Below the pieces are notes generated by a model. That model ran no database searches. It was not told the DNA's origin and saw nothing but the letters and a program-made list of their open reading frames with translations. A stretch of DNA of 64,000 nucleotides from Amoebidium appalachense (Eukaryota > Protista > Ichthyosporea): contig CAVNZM010000002.1 in the NCBI GenBank assembly GCA_963693365.1, forward strand, positions 8,963,059 to 9,027,058. The letters run 5' to 3'. The position numbers and the translations under genes are program-made. Of this stretch, positions 63,851 to 64,000 are shown piece after piece; the first letter of the stretch is position 1, and each line of letters starts with the position of its first letter.

Positions 63851-64000
63851 GTACACACGCACGCACACACACGAATACACCCCCCTCCTCCCCCCCCGCC
63901 CCACACACACACACGGGCACACGGGGACACGGACACATGTGTGCAAGGTTATGGAGAGTTTGCTCGCAACCCCACACATGTACCGGAAAGGACCCACACA

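Overview
Eukaryotic, very intron-rich DNA. The gene content (a 7TM-RGS next to a PITP-FFAT-DDHD-LNS2 protein) suggests a unicellular holozoan such as an ichthyosporean; this is an inference. Three spliced genes were reconstructed by hand with exon phases checked. (1) A full-length ABCA transporter: minus strand, 39 exons, 29837->1674, about 1830 aa, with one apparent +1 frameshift, one 11-nt microexon and one GC-AG intron. (2) A 7-transmembrane RGS protein: minus strand, 4 exons, 37515->33396, 487 aa. (3) A class IIA PITP (PITPNM/Nir/RdgB-alpha): plus strand, 25 exons seen from 42995, running off the window. The left edge holds a non-LTR retrotransposon RT fragment. Nearly all long ORFs in the supplied track are spurious read-throughs of homopolymers and microsatellites. 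The main novelty is intron architecture. Many introns carry degenerate tandem 'echo' copies of their own flanking exon edge plus splice site, several with synonymous-biased divergence. Donors are usually followed directly by a sense-strand poly(C) run or are the first unit of a (GT)n array, and many acceptors are the last unit of a (CA)n array. The 3.6-kb stretch from the first 7TM-RGS exon into the intergenic region has no such runs.
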